Source: Rhizobium sp. Q54
GTDB taxonomy: Bacteria > Pseudomonadota > Gammaproteobacteria > Burkholderiales > Burkholderiaceae_C
DNA: 64,000 nt
Direction: 5' to 3'
NCBI GenBank assembly: GCA_943371225.1
Contig: CALRUD020000002.1
Coordinates: 142,832 to 206,831, forward strand
Shown: piece by piece, positions 21,319 through 31,073 of the stretch
Layout of the letters: each line of letters starts with the position of its first letter
Position numbering within the stretch: the first letter of the stretch is position 1
Notes under the pieces: model-generated
Told to the model about the DNA's origin: nothing
What the model saw: the letters and a program-made list of their open reading frames with translations, nothing else
Databases searched by the model: none
Position numbers and translations under genes: made by a program

Positions 21319-22004
21319 GCTGTGGCGTTGCTGTGGTCCGCAAGACGATGCGAGATCGCCGTACCGCGCCGCTGCAGAAATGCTTCCAGCTCGCTGGCAT
21401 AGCGCGGGCTGACTGCTTGCTGCACCGATGGCCGCTGCGCGAGCGCCGCACGCCAGGCGTGCACCCGGGGCGCGCGTTCAAGGCCCGGCAGAAAGCCGGA
21501 TTCGCCCAGGCTTTCCAGTACATCAAAGTAGCGGAAGACCGGGCCGAACACCGCATCGACCAGTGTGAACGTCGCGCCTGAAAAGTACGGCCCGCTGGGC
21601 TGAAGGGCCGTCTCGATTTGCAGGAACTTGCCGGCAATCGCCTGGCGCCGCATGTCCAGCGCAGCCGCGTCTGCAGCGTTGTAAAACGCGGCAATGTCGC
21701 CCAGCACGCTGGAGCCGAACTCCATCCATCCGCGGTGCTGCGCGCGCTGCAAGGCGTCGGCCGGGTGCAGTCGCGGCAGCAGGGTGTCGTCAAGGTACTC
21801 GCAGATGGCTGCCGATTCAAAGATGGGTTGGCCATCGACCAGCAGGACCGGCGTTTTGCCCAGGGGTGAAATCGCCAGAAACCACGCGGGTTTATTGGCA
21901 AGGTCGATGTCGCGCCGCTCGAAGGCGACGCCCTTTTCCATCAGGGCGATGGCGGCGCGCTGCACGTAGGGGCACAGCGTATGGCTGATGAGTGTGAGTT
22001 GCAT
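21309..22004 (-). CDS. Glutathione S-transferase family protein
   Basis: LCPYVQR, ISPLGKTPVL, FESAAICEYL and FTLVDAVFGP motifs. Confidence 0.9.
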   Translation of the reverse strand: MQLTLISHTLCPYVQRAAIALMEKGVAFERRDIDLANKPAWFLAISPLGKTPVLLVDGQPIFESAAICEYLDDTLLPRLHPADALQRAQHRGWMEFGSSVLGDIAAFYNAADAAALDMRRQAIAGKFLQIETALQPSGPYFSGATFTLVDAVFGPVFRYFDVLESLGESGFLPGLERAPRVHAWRAALAQRPSVQQAVSPRYASELEAFLQRRGTAISHRLADHSNATAQA

Positions 22005-22024
22005 GGCTGTCGCTCCGGAAGTGC

Positions 22025-22459
22025 TCAGGCGGCCACCAGCGCACGGCTGCGGCGCAGTGCCCATTTGCCATCACCCAGCAGCCAGTGCACCAGCGAGGAG
22101 ATCAGCAGAAACATCGGGTACTCCCAGCCGCCCTGCGGGTTGGAAAACACCCAGCCGTTCGGCCAATGCACCCATGTGGCCACGATCAGGATGGGCGTGA
22201 GCAGCAGCGACACCTGCCGCGCGTAGAAGCCCAGCAGCAGGGCGGTGCCGCCCGCCAGTTCCATGGCGACCACTGGGTAGGCCATGAAGCCCGGCAGGCC
22301 GACGCCGTCGAAGAACTGTGCCGTGCCGGGCAGGGTGAACACCATCACCTTGAGCAGTGCGTGGGTGATCCACATGATGCCCAGCGCGACGCGTAGCAGG
22401 GTCGCGGCAAGGGCCTGACTGTGGGACTCAGGGGCGAGTTGGGGTTGGTGTGTTGACAT
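22025..22459 (-). CDS. DoxX family membrane protein
   Basis: LLRVALG...HAL.K, ELAGG..LLLG and NGWVFSNPQGGWEYP motifs. Confidence 0.88.
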   Translation of the reverse strand: MSTHQPQLAPESHSQALAATLLRVALGIMWITHALLKVMVFTLPGTAQFFDGVGLPGFMAYPVVAMELAGGTALLLGFYARQVSLLLTPILIVATWVHWPNGWVFSNPQGGWEYPMFLLISSLVHWLLGDGKWALRRSRALVAA

Positions 22460-22533
22460 CAAATCTCCAGAAAAATCGTTGCAGATCAAAGGATGCGCAA
22501 GGCTTCAGGGCACTTGCGAGAGCGGACTTTACG

Positions 22534-22591
22534 ATTGCAATAAAGCAATGTAAATTGGCGCTGATGAAACGATTGATTGCAAAAACGCAAT
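22534..22591. promoter_or_regulatory. Two LysR-type operator copies ATTGC-N6-GCAAT
   Basis: ATTGCAATAAAGCAAT (22534-22549) and ATTGCAAAAACGCAAT (22576-22591) between the divergent doxX and LysR genes. Confidence 0.6.
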
Positions 22592-23502
22592 ATGAGCTGA
22601 CCGCGCAAGACCTGCACGTCTTGCTGGCCTTGACGCGCGGAACGACCCTGGCCGAAGCGGCCCGCCGCCTGGGGGCGGACGCGTCCACGGTGTTTCGCAG
22701 TGTGCAGCGCATCGAGAAAAATCTGGGTCAACGGCTGTTCGAGCGCTCGCGTCGCGGCTACTTGCCGACAGAGGGCATGCTGGTGCTGGCGGGCCATGCC
22801 GAGCGCATGGAGGCAGAGCTGGAAGCAGCCCGAAGCACGGCACGGGGACCGCAGGCGGATTCAGCAGGCGTGACCGGCCTGGTGCGCCTGACCACCACTG
22901 ACGCGGTGCTGCGCGGTCTGGTGCTGCCCTGCCTGCCGCCCTTGCTGTCTGCGCATCCGATGCTGCAGCTGGACTGCCGCACCGGCAATGAACTGGCCAG
23001 CCTGAGCCGTCGGGACGCCGACGTCGCCCTGCGCGCCACGCGCAAGCCACCGGACCATCTGGTGGGTCGCAAGTTGGGGACGGTGCGCTTTGTGGTGTGC
23101 GGAGCCGCTGGGCGGGACAAACCAGTACCGGGACGCAAGACGTCCAAAAACAGCACGACAACGACACTGGCGGCGCAACTCGCCGGGCAGGACTGGATTG
23201 CACCCGACGAGTCGCTGCCCGAGCACCCCTCGGTGTTGTGGCGGCGCAAGCAGTTGCCCCGTGTGGTGCCGCGCCATTACGCGGACGGGATTGTTGCGCT
23301 CACCGAGATGATCAAGGCCGGGCTGGGGGTGGGCGTCGTGCCCGTGTTCATGCTGGCGGCCGAGCCAGCCTTGGTGCCGCTGACGCCGGTACTGGACGAT
23401 TGCGAGTCAGACCTGTGGTTGCTGGCGCACCCAGAGTCGCGGCATCTGCGCCGCATTGCGGTGGTGTATGACCACTTTGCGGAGCATCTGCGGCTGGCGT
23501 GA
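22564..23502 (+). CDS. LysR family transcriptional regulator
   Basis: GTTLAEAARRLGADASTVFRSVQRIEKNLGQRLFERS and ASLSRRDADVALR motifs. Start uncertain (22564 or TTG 22573). Confidence 0.9.
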   Translation: MKRLIAKTQYELTAQDLHVLLALTRGTTLAEAARRLGADASTVFRSVQRIEKNLGQRLFERSRRGYLPTEGMLVLAGHAERMEAELEAARSTARGPQADSAGVTGLVRLTTTDAVLRGLVLPCLPPLLSAHPMLQLDCRTGNELASLSRRDADVALRATRKPPDHLVGRKLGTVRFVVCGAAGRDKPVPGRKTSKNSTTTTLAAQLAGQDWIAPDESLPEHPSVLWRRKQLPRVVPRHYADGIVALTEMIKAGLGVGVVPVFMLAAEPALVPLTPVLDDCESDLWLLAHPESRHLRRIAVVYDHFAEHLRLA

Positions 23503-23535
23503 CGAGCCCGAGCCGCAAGATTCGTTAAGGAGCCG

Positions 23536-23769
23536 TTAAAGAGCGGCAGGTCCAGTGGACTGGAAAACGATCTCGCCGCTCGGCACATGCACCACACGCA
23601 CTTCCTGGCGCGTCGGGTCGGCCACGCTCTTCACGGCCACGGCGACCGCCAGTGAGGGATTGGCGTACAGGTGATTGAGGACGCCGCTGGGAAGCAGGCG
23701 ACCCGAGAGGGTGTCGCGGCATTCGATGCGGTAATCGTGTGGATGGGACGTTCGTTGCGCGGATGTCAT
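23536..23769 (-). CDS. Small hypothetical protein
   Basis: GAGGT RBS before MTSAQ. Globular-looking 77 aa with no family recognised. Confidence 0.55.
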   Translation of the reverse strand: MTSAQRTSHPHDYRIECRDTLSGRLLPSGVLNHLYANPSLAVAVAVKSVADPTRQEVRVVHVPSGEIVFQSTGPAAL

Positions 23770-23965
23770 GGTGGACCTCACAGCTCAAGCGGGGTGACGA
23801 AACGGGGCTACTAAAGCAGGCTAATCAAGCGGGGCAAGAAGCCTCAAGAAAAGCGGGAATCCTTGCCGAACACGCGCTTTCATTTTGGGCCTGTCCTGCG
23901 TCAGTGGGGTGACAAATCCCGTGCAAAACGTAAGTAAACGCAAGCCCGGGGCGAACCCCGCACGC

Positions 23966-26539
23966 TCACCAGTCTTCCTTGACGGCCAGCACTGCATCGC
24001 GGCCCGCTGCGGCGCGGCCTGCGATCCACGCGGTCAGCGTGCCAGCCGCCACCACCGCAGCACACAGCAGCGCCAGCCGCAGCCAGGGCACCATCAGGTC
24101 CATGGTCCAGTGAAAGCTCTGCGGGTTCACCACATGCACCAGCACGGTGGATACGCCCAGTCCCAGGCCAGCCCCTGCGACGGCACCGATCACCGTCCAG
24201 GCCGCACCTTCGCCCGCCACCACCGCCAGAATCTGCCGGCGCGTCAGGCCCAAGTGCGCCAGCAGGCCGAACTCCTTTCGCCGCGCCAGCACCTGCGCGC
24301 TGAAGCTGGCGGCCACGCCGAACAGGCCAATGGCGATGGCCACACCCTGCAGCCAGTAGGTCACGGCAAAGCTGCGGTCAAAAATCTTCAGCGATGTAGC
24401 CCGGATCTGGCTGACCGATGCGATGTCGATCAGCGCTGCCGAGCCGGACTGCGTGGCGGTCAGTTGCCGCACGCGCGCCTGCACGTCGGCATCCAGCGCG
24501 CCTGGCGACAGCCACAGGGCCAGATCATTGACGCGGGTGTCTCCGGTGAGGCGCTCGAAGTCCTGCTGGCGCATCGTGATGGCACCGAACTGCCGCGCAT
24601 AGTCGCGCCAGACACCCGCGACGAATAACGTCGGTGGAGCATTTGCCAGGGTACTTTGCAAGGGGTTTGACGAAGGCAAGGCACCGAGTGCGCTCGACAA
24701 CGGTACAAACACGTTGCCGGGCTGTGCGCCATACAGGTCCACCATGGCTTCGCTGACGTAGATGGGGATCTGGCCGGCTGGAACCGGGTGCAGCTCACCC
24801 ACCAGTGGCAGTGCGGTGGCCGGGTCATCCATTGGCCGGGCAATCAGCGCCACGGCGGGCCGGCCCGGGTCCAGTTGCAGCGAGGTGGTCCGCAGCGTGT
24901 TCACGCGTTCCACGCCCTGCAGTTTTGCCAGCGCGGCAACGAACTCGGGCGAGAAATAAGCCGACTCGGCGGCGCTGCCACCCAGCGCGGTGCGCACGTA
25001 CAGGTCTGCTGGCAGCACCACGTCCAGCCAACGTGTGACGGATTCGCGAAAGCTCGCCACCATCACCGTCAGTGCCACCGCCAGACTGAGCGAGGCCACC
25101 ACACCGCTCACGGCCACCGCGGCGCTCTCGCGCACACGGCGCGCCCGCTCCACCGCCAGCAGCGGAAGCAGGCGGTGGGCCACCCAGGGGCTGATGCGGT
25201 CGTACAGCAGCGCGATCAGCCAGGGCAGCGCGGTGATGCCGCCGACCAGCAGCAGGGCCACAGAGACATAAGCCGCCAACGGGATGCCGCCCAGGGGTGG
25301 CATCAGCGCCAGCAGAGCGCCTGTGACGATGATGGCGATGCTCAACCAGCGCGCGGAATGGCTGTGGTGGGCTAGCCCCAAGCCTTTGAGGGTTTGCGCG
25401 GGTGGCAGTTTTTGCGCGGCGCGTGCCGGCCACCAGCCGCCCACGCCCGCCGCCACTACGCCCAGCGCGCCGTAGACCAATGCCGCGCCAGCGCTCCACT
25501 GCAGTGCAGGTGCCACGCCTGAGAAATAGCCACCGCCCAGATCGCCGCCCAAGAGCCGCAGCGCCAGCCCTGCCAGCAGGCTGCCAAGTGCAATGCCCAT
25601 CAGACTGCCCACCAGCCCGAGCAGCAGCGATTCGGCCAGCACCAGCCGCAGCCGTTCGCGGCCGGTCAGCCCGAGCACACCGAGCAGCGCGAACTGCTGC
25701 GCGCGCTTGGCCACGCTGAGCGACAGCACCGAAAACACAAGGAACGCGCCGGTGAACAGCGCCACCAGCGCCAGCACCGTGAGGTTGACCCGGTAGGCGC
25801 GCGAGAGGTTGCTCACGCGCTCAGCCGCATCGCCCGGTGCGTTGGCCTTGATCTGTGGCGGCAACTGCAGCGCGGCGATCAGTGCCTGGGCGTCGGTGCC
25901 GGCGCGCAGACGCAGATCAATGCGGGTGAGCTGCCCGCGCCGCTCGAACAGATCCTGCGCGGCGCCAATGTCCATTACCGCCAGCGGGCCGCCGCCGCTG
26001 GCCACGCTGCCGGCCACATCTGCGGTGCGCAATTGCAGGCCCACCTGCAGCTGCAGCTTGTCACCGGGCAGTGCCTGCTGTGCCGCCGGGTTCAGAAACA
26101 CCACCCCCGGGCTGAACAGCGCGAAGCGGTCGGCATCGGCAGCAGGCACCGGCATCAGTGCGGGCGCTACCCCTGCCACCACCAGCGCGTCAATGCCCAG
26201 CACGCGCAGGGGCTGGCGTTCGCCTTTGGCGCTACCTTCGGCGTTGAGCGCGTAGGTGCTGATTTCCAGCACCGGGCTGGCCAGTGCCACCCCGGGGTTG
26301 TTGGCGACCCGGGCGTAGAGCGTTTCATCGAAGCTGCCTTGCACGGCGCGCAACTCGAGGTCGGGCTGGCCATTGACGGCGCGCACCGCCTGCGAGAACT
26401 CACTCAGCGCTGAGGCGTTGATCAGCTGAACCGAAAACGCCAGCGCCACACCCAGCATGACGGCCACCACCGCCGCAGCGCTGCGCCACGGGTGGTGGCG
26501 CAGTTCCTGCCAGGAAAAACTCGAGAGAAGGGCCCACAT
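23966..26539 (-). CDS. FtsX/MacB-like ABC permease with duplicated domains (AttF/G, Rv0987-type)
   Basis: 857 aa with two TM-periplasmic-3TM units. N-terminal WQELRHHPWR, plus RR..EFGLL..LG and VNPQSFHWTM motifs. Confidence 0.88.
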   Translation of the reverse strand: MWALLSSFSWQELRHHPWRSAAAVVAVMLGVALAFSVQLINASALSEFSQAVRAVNGQPDLELRAVQGSFDETLYARVANNPGVALASPVLEISTYALNAEGSAKGERQPLRVLGIDALVVAGVAPALMPVPAADADRFALFSPGVVFLNPAAQQALPGDKLQLQVGLQLRTADVAGSVASGGGPLAVMDIGAAQDLFERRGQLTRIDLRLRAGTDAQALIAALQLPPQIKANAPGDAAERVSNLSRAYRVNLTVLALVALFTGAFLVFSVLSLSVAKRAQQFALLGVLGLTGRERLRLVLAESLLLGLVGSLMGIALGSLLAGLALRLLGGDLGGGYFSGVAPALQWSAGAALVYGALGVVAAGVGGWWPARAAQKLPPAQTLKGLGLAHHSHSARWLSIAIIVTGALLALMPPLGGIPLAAYVSVALLLVGGITALPWLIALLYDRISPWVAHRLLPLLAVERARRVRESAAVAVSGVVASLSLAVALTVMVASFRESVTRWLDVVLPADLYVRTALGGSAAESAYFSPEFVAALAKLQGVERVNTLRTTSLQLDPGRPAVALIARPMDDPATALPLVGELHPVPAGQIPIYVSEAMVDLYGAQPGNVFVPLSSALGALPSSNPLQSTLANAPPTLFVAGVWRDYARQFGAITMRQQDFERLTGDTRVNDLALWLSPGALDADVQARVRQLTATQSGSAALIDIASVSQIRATSLKIFDRSFAVTYWLQGVAIAIGLFGVAASFSAQVLARRKEFGLLAHLGLTRRQILAVVAGEGAAWTVIGAVAGAGLGLGVSTVLVHVVNPQSFHWTMDLMVPWLRLALLCAAVVAAGTLTAWIAGRAAAGRDAVLAVKEDW

Positions 26540-26658
26540 GAACGGATTGTGCCCGCGAGGCCAGGTGAAGCCGGCGCCAGTGGTTTATCGTTGGGGGTGG
26601 CGCTGCCTTGCAGCAATTCATCGACTACTCACTCACCTGTCATCCAGAAGTCTTCACC

Positions 26659-27630
26659 ATGCAATTGCCCACCTATGACGATGTGATCGCCGCCGCCGCG
26701 CGGCTGGAAGGCCATGCCCACCGAACACCGGTGCTGCGTTCGGCCACAGCAGACGCGCGCTGGGGCGCGCAGTTTTTCTTCAAATGCGAGAACTTCCAGC
26801 GCATGGGGGCGTTCAAGTTCCGCGGGGCGTTCAATGCATTGTCCAAATTCGATGCGGCGCAGCGCAAGGCCGGCGCGATTGCGTTTTCGTCGGGCAACCA
26901 TGCGCAGGCGATGGCGCTCTCGGCGCGCCTGCTGGGCATGCCGGCCGTGATCGTGATGCCCAAGGATGCGCCCGCAGCCAAGCTGGCCGCCACGCGTGGC
27001 TACGGCGCCGAGGTGGTGCTGTACGACCGCTTCACCGAAGATCGCGAGGCCGTGACGCGGCAACTGGCTGCCGAGCGTGGCATGACCATGATTCCGCCGT
27101 ACGACCATCCCGACGTGATTGCCGGACAGGGCACCGCAGCGAAAGAACTCTTTGAAGACGTCGGCCCGCTCGACCGGCTCTATGTGTGCATGGGCGGTGG
27201 CGGCCTCACCAGCGGTTCGGCCCTGGCCGCGCGTGCGCTGTCGCCGCAGTGCGAGGTCTACGGCGTGGAGCCGGAAGCGGGCAACGACGGGCAGCAGTCG
27301 CTGCGTGCGGGAAAGATCATCACCATTCCCACGCCGCAGACCATTGCCGATGGCGCGCAGACGCAGCATCTGGGCGAGTACACCTTTGCCATCATCCGCC
27401 GCGACGTGAAAGACGTGGTGACGGTGAGCGACGCCCAACTGGTGGAAGCCATGCGCTTTTTTGCCGAGCGCATGAAGATGGTGGTGGAGCCCACCGGGGG
27501 CCTGGCCTTCGCAGCGGCCTGCGAAGCCGCTTCAGGCGAAGTGAACAGCCTGAAGGGTCAGCGCGTGGGCGTGCTGATCAGTGGCGGCAATGTGGACCTG
27601 GCGCGCTACGCCCAGTTGCTCGCGGGCTGA
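26659..27630 (+). CDS. Threo-3-hydroxy-L-aspartate ammonia-lyase / serine-threonine dehydratase family
   Basis: KCENFQRMGAFKFRGA, FSSGNHAQ, GGGGL and SGGNVD motifs. Confidence 0.85.
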   Translation: MQLPTYDDVIAAAARLEGHAHRTPVLRSATADARWGAQFFFKCENFQRMGAFKFRGAFNALSKFDAAQRKAGAIAFSSGNHAQAMALSARLLGMPAVIVMPKDAPAAKLAATRGYGAEVVLYDRFTEDREAVTRQLAAERGMTMIPPYDHPDVIAGQGTAAKELFEDVGPLDRLYVCMGGGGLTSGSALAARALSPQCEVYGVEPEAGNDGQQSLRAGKIITIPTPQTIADGAQTQHLGEYTFAIIRRDVKDVVTVSDAQLVEAMRFFAERMKMVVEPTGGLAFAAACEAASGEVNSLKGQRVGVLISGGNVDLARYAQLLAG

Positions 27631-27646
27631 AGCTGAGGGGTGCCGA

Positions 27647-28486
27647 TCAGGCAAAGGCCTCCAGCCAGTTGAGCCCTGACGAGGTGCCTCCGGCGACGGC
27701 GCCCTTGCGGGGCCGGTACTCGCAGCCCACCCAGCCCTTCCAGCCGCAGGCGGCCGACACCTCGTCGATCACCTTGAACAGGTAGGCGTAGTTCAACTCG
27801 CCGACATCGGGTTCATGGCGCTCGGGCACGCCGGCAATCTGGAAGTGGCCCACCGCGCCGGTTGGCAGGTACTTGCGGATATTCATCGCCACATCGCCTT
27901 CAACGATCTGGCAGTGGTACAGGTCCATCTGCACCTTGACGTTGGGCGCGCCCACTTCGGCAATCAACTCATGCGCGTGGTCCTGGCGGTTCAGGAAGAA
28001 GCGCGGAATGTCGCGCGTGTTGATAGGCTCGATCAGCACGTCCCGGCCGCGTTGTGCGGCCTCGGCTGCGGCCCAGCGCAGGTTGGCAATGTAGGTGGGC
28101 TGCACGGCTTCCCGCGTGAGGTCTGCGGGGATCAGGCCGGCCATCAGGTGAATGCGCGGGCAGTCGAGTGCCTCGGCGTAGTCCAGTGCCATCGTCACGC
28201 CAGCGCGGAACTCGGCTTCACGGCCCGGCACGCAGGCGGTGCCGCGATCACCTGCCTTATCCCACGCATGCGCGATGGACGCGGCATCAGTGCCACCGGG
28301 CGGCGCGTTGAAGAGCACTTGCTGAAGCTTGAGGTCTTTCAGCATGGCTGCGAGCTCGTGTTTCGGGAACGCGTAGGGAAAAAGAAACTCAACCGCCTGA
28401 AAACCGTCCCTGGCCGCCGCTTCAAAGCGCTCGGTGAAAGACAGCTCGGGGTACAACATCGAAAGATTCGCAGCAAATTGGGGCAT
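27647..28486 (-). CDS. otnI: 2-oxo-tetronate isomerase / hydroxypyruvate isomerase family
   Basis: [35 protein letters not shown] and [12 protein letters not shown] motifs. Confidence 0.8.
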   Translation of the reverse strand: MPQFAANLSMLYPELSFTERFEAAARDGFQAVEFLFPYAFPKHELAAMLKDLKLQQVLFNAPPGGTDAASIAHAWDKAGDRGTACVPGREAEFRAGVTMALDYAEALDCPRIHLMAGLIPADLTREAVQPTYIANLRWAAAEAAQRGRDVLIEPINTRDIPRFFLNRQDHAHELIAEVGAPNVKVQMDLYHCQIVEGDVAMNIRKYLPTGAVGHFQIAGVPERHEPDVGELNYAYLFKVIDEVSAACGWKGWVGCEYRPRKGAVAGGTSSGLNWLEAFA

Positions 28487-28584
28487 GGAGAACGATCGGT
28501 AGGGGGAATGAGGTGATAAATCAACTTGAACCGACGGGATTTTCTTCAAAGCCCCGCATCGGTTCAAGGCTTGCGGGGCAGGGT

Positions 28585-29301
28585 TTACCAGCGGGCGCTA
28601 AAGGTCTGTCGCAGCTCGGTCAGTTGTTCGTCAGTCAGTGGCGGCACCTTGTCTGAGAGCATGGTCAGTCGCGCAGTTTCTTCCAGTTCTTCCAGCACCG
28701 CCATCGCGGCGGCCGGGCTGCTGTGCCACACATTGGGCCCCAGCCTGCTGAGCATCACGGCGCGCAACGGTGTGCCCTTCTCACCATAGCGTGTGATGGT
28801 CTGTGCCACAAGTGCGGCCGCTGCAGGGTCTCCGGGCCGGTGATAGGGAATCAGCGGCACGTGGCCGACCTTCATCACGAAATAGGGTGTGATGGCGCGC
28901 AGCAATTCATTGTCTTGCGCTTTCAGGCTCAGCGCCACGCAATGCGTGCTGTGGGTGTGAATCACGCATGCCGTGGCTGGGTCGAACGCCGCGCTGGCCG
29001 CATAGATGTGCCGGTGCAGGGCCAGCGTCTTGCTGGCGGGCAGGCCACTCAGTTGCTGGCCTTGCTCGTCAACGCGCGCCAGTTGCAGCGGGTCCAGAAA
29101 ACCCAGGCAGGCATCGGTGGGCGTGATGAGGTAACCGCCGCCAGCCGACGCATGCAGCCGCACACTGATATTGCCGGCGGTGGCATGCACATAGCCGCGC
29201 TCAAACAGGCTTCGGCCAACGCGGCAGATTTCTTCGCGTGCGGCCTGTTCGCTCAGTGGCGCGTTCGGGGCTGGGGTCGGCGTTGAAGTGGATGAGCTCA
29301 T
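28585..29301 (-). CDS. otnC: Class II aldolase family, 3-oxo-tetronate 4-phosphate decarboxylase-like
   Basis: [43 protein letters not shown] and EELEETA motifs. Confidence 0.75.
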   Translation of the reverse strand: MSSSTSTPTPAPNAPLSEQAAREEICRVGRSLFERGYVHATAGNISVRLHASAGGGYLITPTDACLGFLDPLQLARVDEQGQQLSGLPASKTLALHRHIYAASAAFDPATACVIHTHSTHCVALSLKAQDNELLRAITPYFVMKVGHVPLIPYHRPGDPAAAALVAQTITRYGEKGTPLRAVMLSRLGPNVWHSSPAAAMAVLEELEETARLTMLSDKVPPLTDEQLTELRQTFSARW

Positions 29302-29340
29302 GCGTGCATGGTAAGGGCTTTGGCGCGGAGGCCAGTGAAA

Positions 29341-30024
29341 TCAGGGCGCTGCGCTGGCACCCGCATTCGAGCGGATGCCGGTGGCATCAAGATGCAGGAT
29401 GCGGTCAGCGCGCGCGGCGGCGGCTTCCGAATGGGTGACCAGCACCATGGACGCGCCGTGCGCCCGCGTCTGGCTGATCAGCGCATCCATCACGCGTGCG
29501 GCGGTGGTCGGGTCGAGGTTGCCGGTGGGCTCGTCGGCCAGCAGCAGGCTGGGCCGGTGCACCAGTGCCCGCGCAATCGCCACGCGTTGCAGTTGCCCGC
29601 CGCTCAATTGCTGCGGCAGCCTGGCGCCCAGTCCACCCAGACCGACGGCATCCAGCATGGCGGCCACGCGCAAGTCGGTTTGTGCGGCGTCCCGCTCGCC
29701 GAGCAGCAGCAGCGGCAGGGCGATGTTCTGCGACACATCCAGATGCGGCAGCACATGAAAAGCCTGAAACACAAAGCCCACCTTCTGCCGGCGCAGCAGT
29801 GCGCGCCCGTCGTCGCCCAGCTGGCCGAGGTCTACACCGTCCAGTTGCACCGTGCCCTCGTCCCACTGGTCGAGGCCCGCCATACAGTTAAGCAGCGTGG
29901 ATTTGCCGACGCCTGATTCGCCGACGATGGCCACGAATTCGCCAGGTGCCACTGTCAGCGAGACACCGCTGAATACGGCTACACCGTCGTAGCGCTTGGC
30001 AAGATTTTGGACAACCAGACTCAT
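29341..30024 (-). CDS. LolD/MacB-type ABC ATP-binding protein (AttE, Rv0986-type)
   Basis: GESGVGKST, GFVFQAFH, LSGGQLQRVAIARAL and DEPTGNLD motifs. Confidence 0.92.
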   Translation of the reverse strand: MSLVVQNLAKRYDGVAVFSGVSLTVAPGEFVAIVGESGVGKSTLLNCMAGLDQWDEGTVQLDGVDLGQLGDDGRALLRRQKVGFVFQAFHVLPHLDVSQNIALPLLLLGERDAAQTDLRVAAMLDAVGLGGLGARLPQQLSGGQLQRVAIARALVHRPSLLLADEPTGNLDPTTAARVMDALISQTRAHGASMVLVTHSEAAAARADRILHLDATGIRSNAGASAAP

Positions 30025-30029
30025 CGCAT

Positions 30030-31073
30030 TCACCTCGCCTTTACCGAAGGCATCTTCGAAGTCACATCGGCCGCGCTGGACGATGCGGCAATCAGATGCT
30101 GCCGTACCAGTGCCAGCAGGTGGGCCTGTGCGTCGCCGGCGTCGCAGGGCACCGTGTGGCGCTGCGGCATGCTGCGCAGCCAGGTGATTTGCCGTTTGGC
30201 CAGCTGGCGGGTGGCGAAGATGCCCCGGTCGCGCAGCTCGCTCATCGGGAATGCGCCGTCGAGCGCTTCCCACGCCTGCCGGTAACCCACGCAGCGCATA
30301 GACGGCAAATCTGCATGCAGGTCGCCGCGCGCGCGCAGGGCCTTGACTTCGTCCAGCAAGCCGGCGGCGAGCATGGCGTCAAAGCGCTGTGCGATCCGCT
30401 CGTGAAGCCAGACACGGTCAGACGGCTCCAGCGAAATCAGGGTCATGGATACGCTTGCTAGTGGTTGCGCGTCGCTGCTGGAACCGGCTGCATCTTCGGC
30501 GTGGAAAGAGGACAGCGTGCGCCCCGATGCGCGGTAGACCTCCAGCGCGCGCGAGATGCGCTGCGAATCATTGGGGGCCAACCGCGCGGCGGTCACCGGG
30601 TCGATCATGGCCAGGTCGGCGTGCAGTGAAGGCCAGCCGCGCACAGCTGCATCGGCGGCGATGTCTGTGCGTAATGCGGCGTCGGCCTTGGGCAGGCTGC
30701 GATCGTGCCCGAACAGGCCGTCAAACAGCGCCTTGAAGTAGAGCATGGTGCCGCCCACCAGCAGTGGGAAATGGCCGCGCGCCTGAATCTCGCCGACCAG
30801 CCGTCTGGCATCGCTCACAAACTCGGCCGCACTGTAGGCATTCAGCGGGTCGCGGATGTCGATCAGATGGTGCGGCGCTGCGCCGAGCTCTTCTGCCGTG
30901 GGCTTGGCGGTGCCGATGTCCATGCCGCGGTACACCAATGCGGAATCTACACTGATGATTTCTGCCGGATGGCTCGCCGCCAGCTCGCGCGCAATCGCCA
31001 GCGCAGCGGCTGTCTTGCCAGAGGCGGTCGGGCCGGCCAATGCCAGGGGCGGCAGGGGGGTGACAGGGGTCAT
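30030..31073 (-). CDS. miaA: tRNA dimethylallyltransferase
   Basis: [42 protein letters not shown] and [11 protein letters not shown] motifs. Confidence 0.96.
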   Translation of the reverse strand: MTPVTPLPPLALAGPTASGKTAAALAIARELAASHPAEIISVDSALVYRGMDIGTAKPTAEELGAAPHHLIDIRDPLNAYSAAEFVSDARRLVGEIQARGHFPLLVGGTMLYFKALFDGLFGHDRSLPKADAALRTDIAADAAVRGWPSLHADLAMIDPVTAARLAPNDSQRISRALEVYRASGRTLSSFHAEDAAGSSSDAQPLASVSMTLISLEPSDRVWLHERIAQRFDAMLAAGLLDEVKALRARGDLHADLPSMRCVGYRQAWEALDGAFPMSELRDRGIFATRQLAKRQITWLRSMPQRHTVPCDAGDAQAHLLALVRQHLIAASSSAADVTSKMPSVKAR

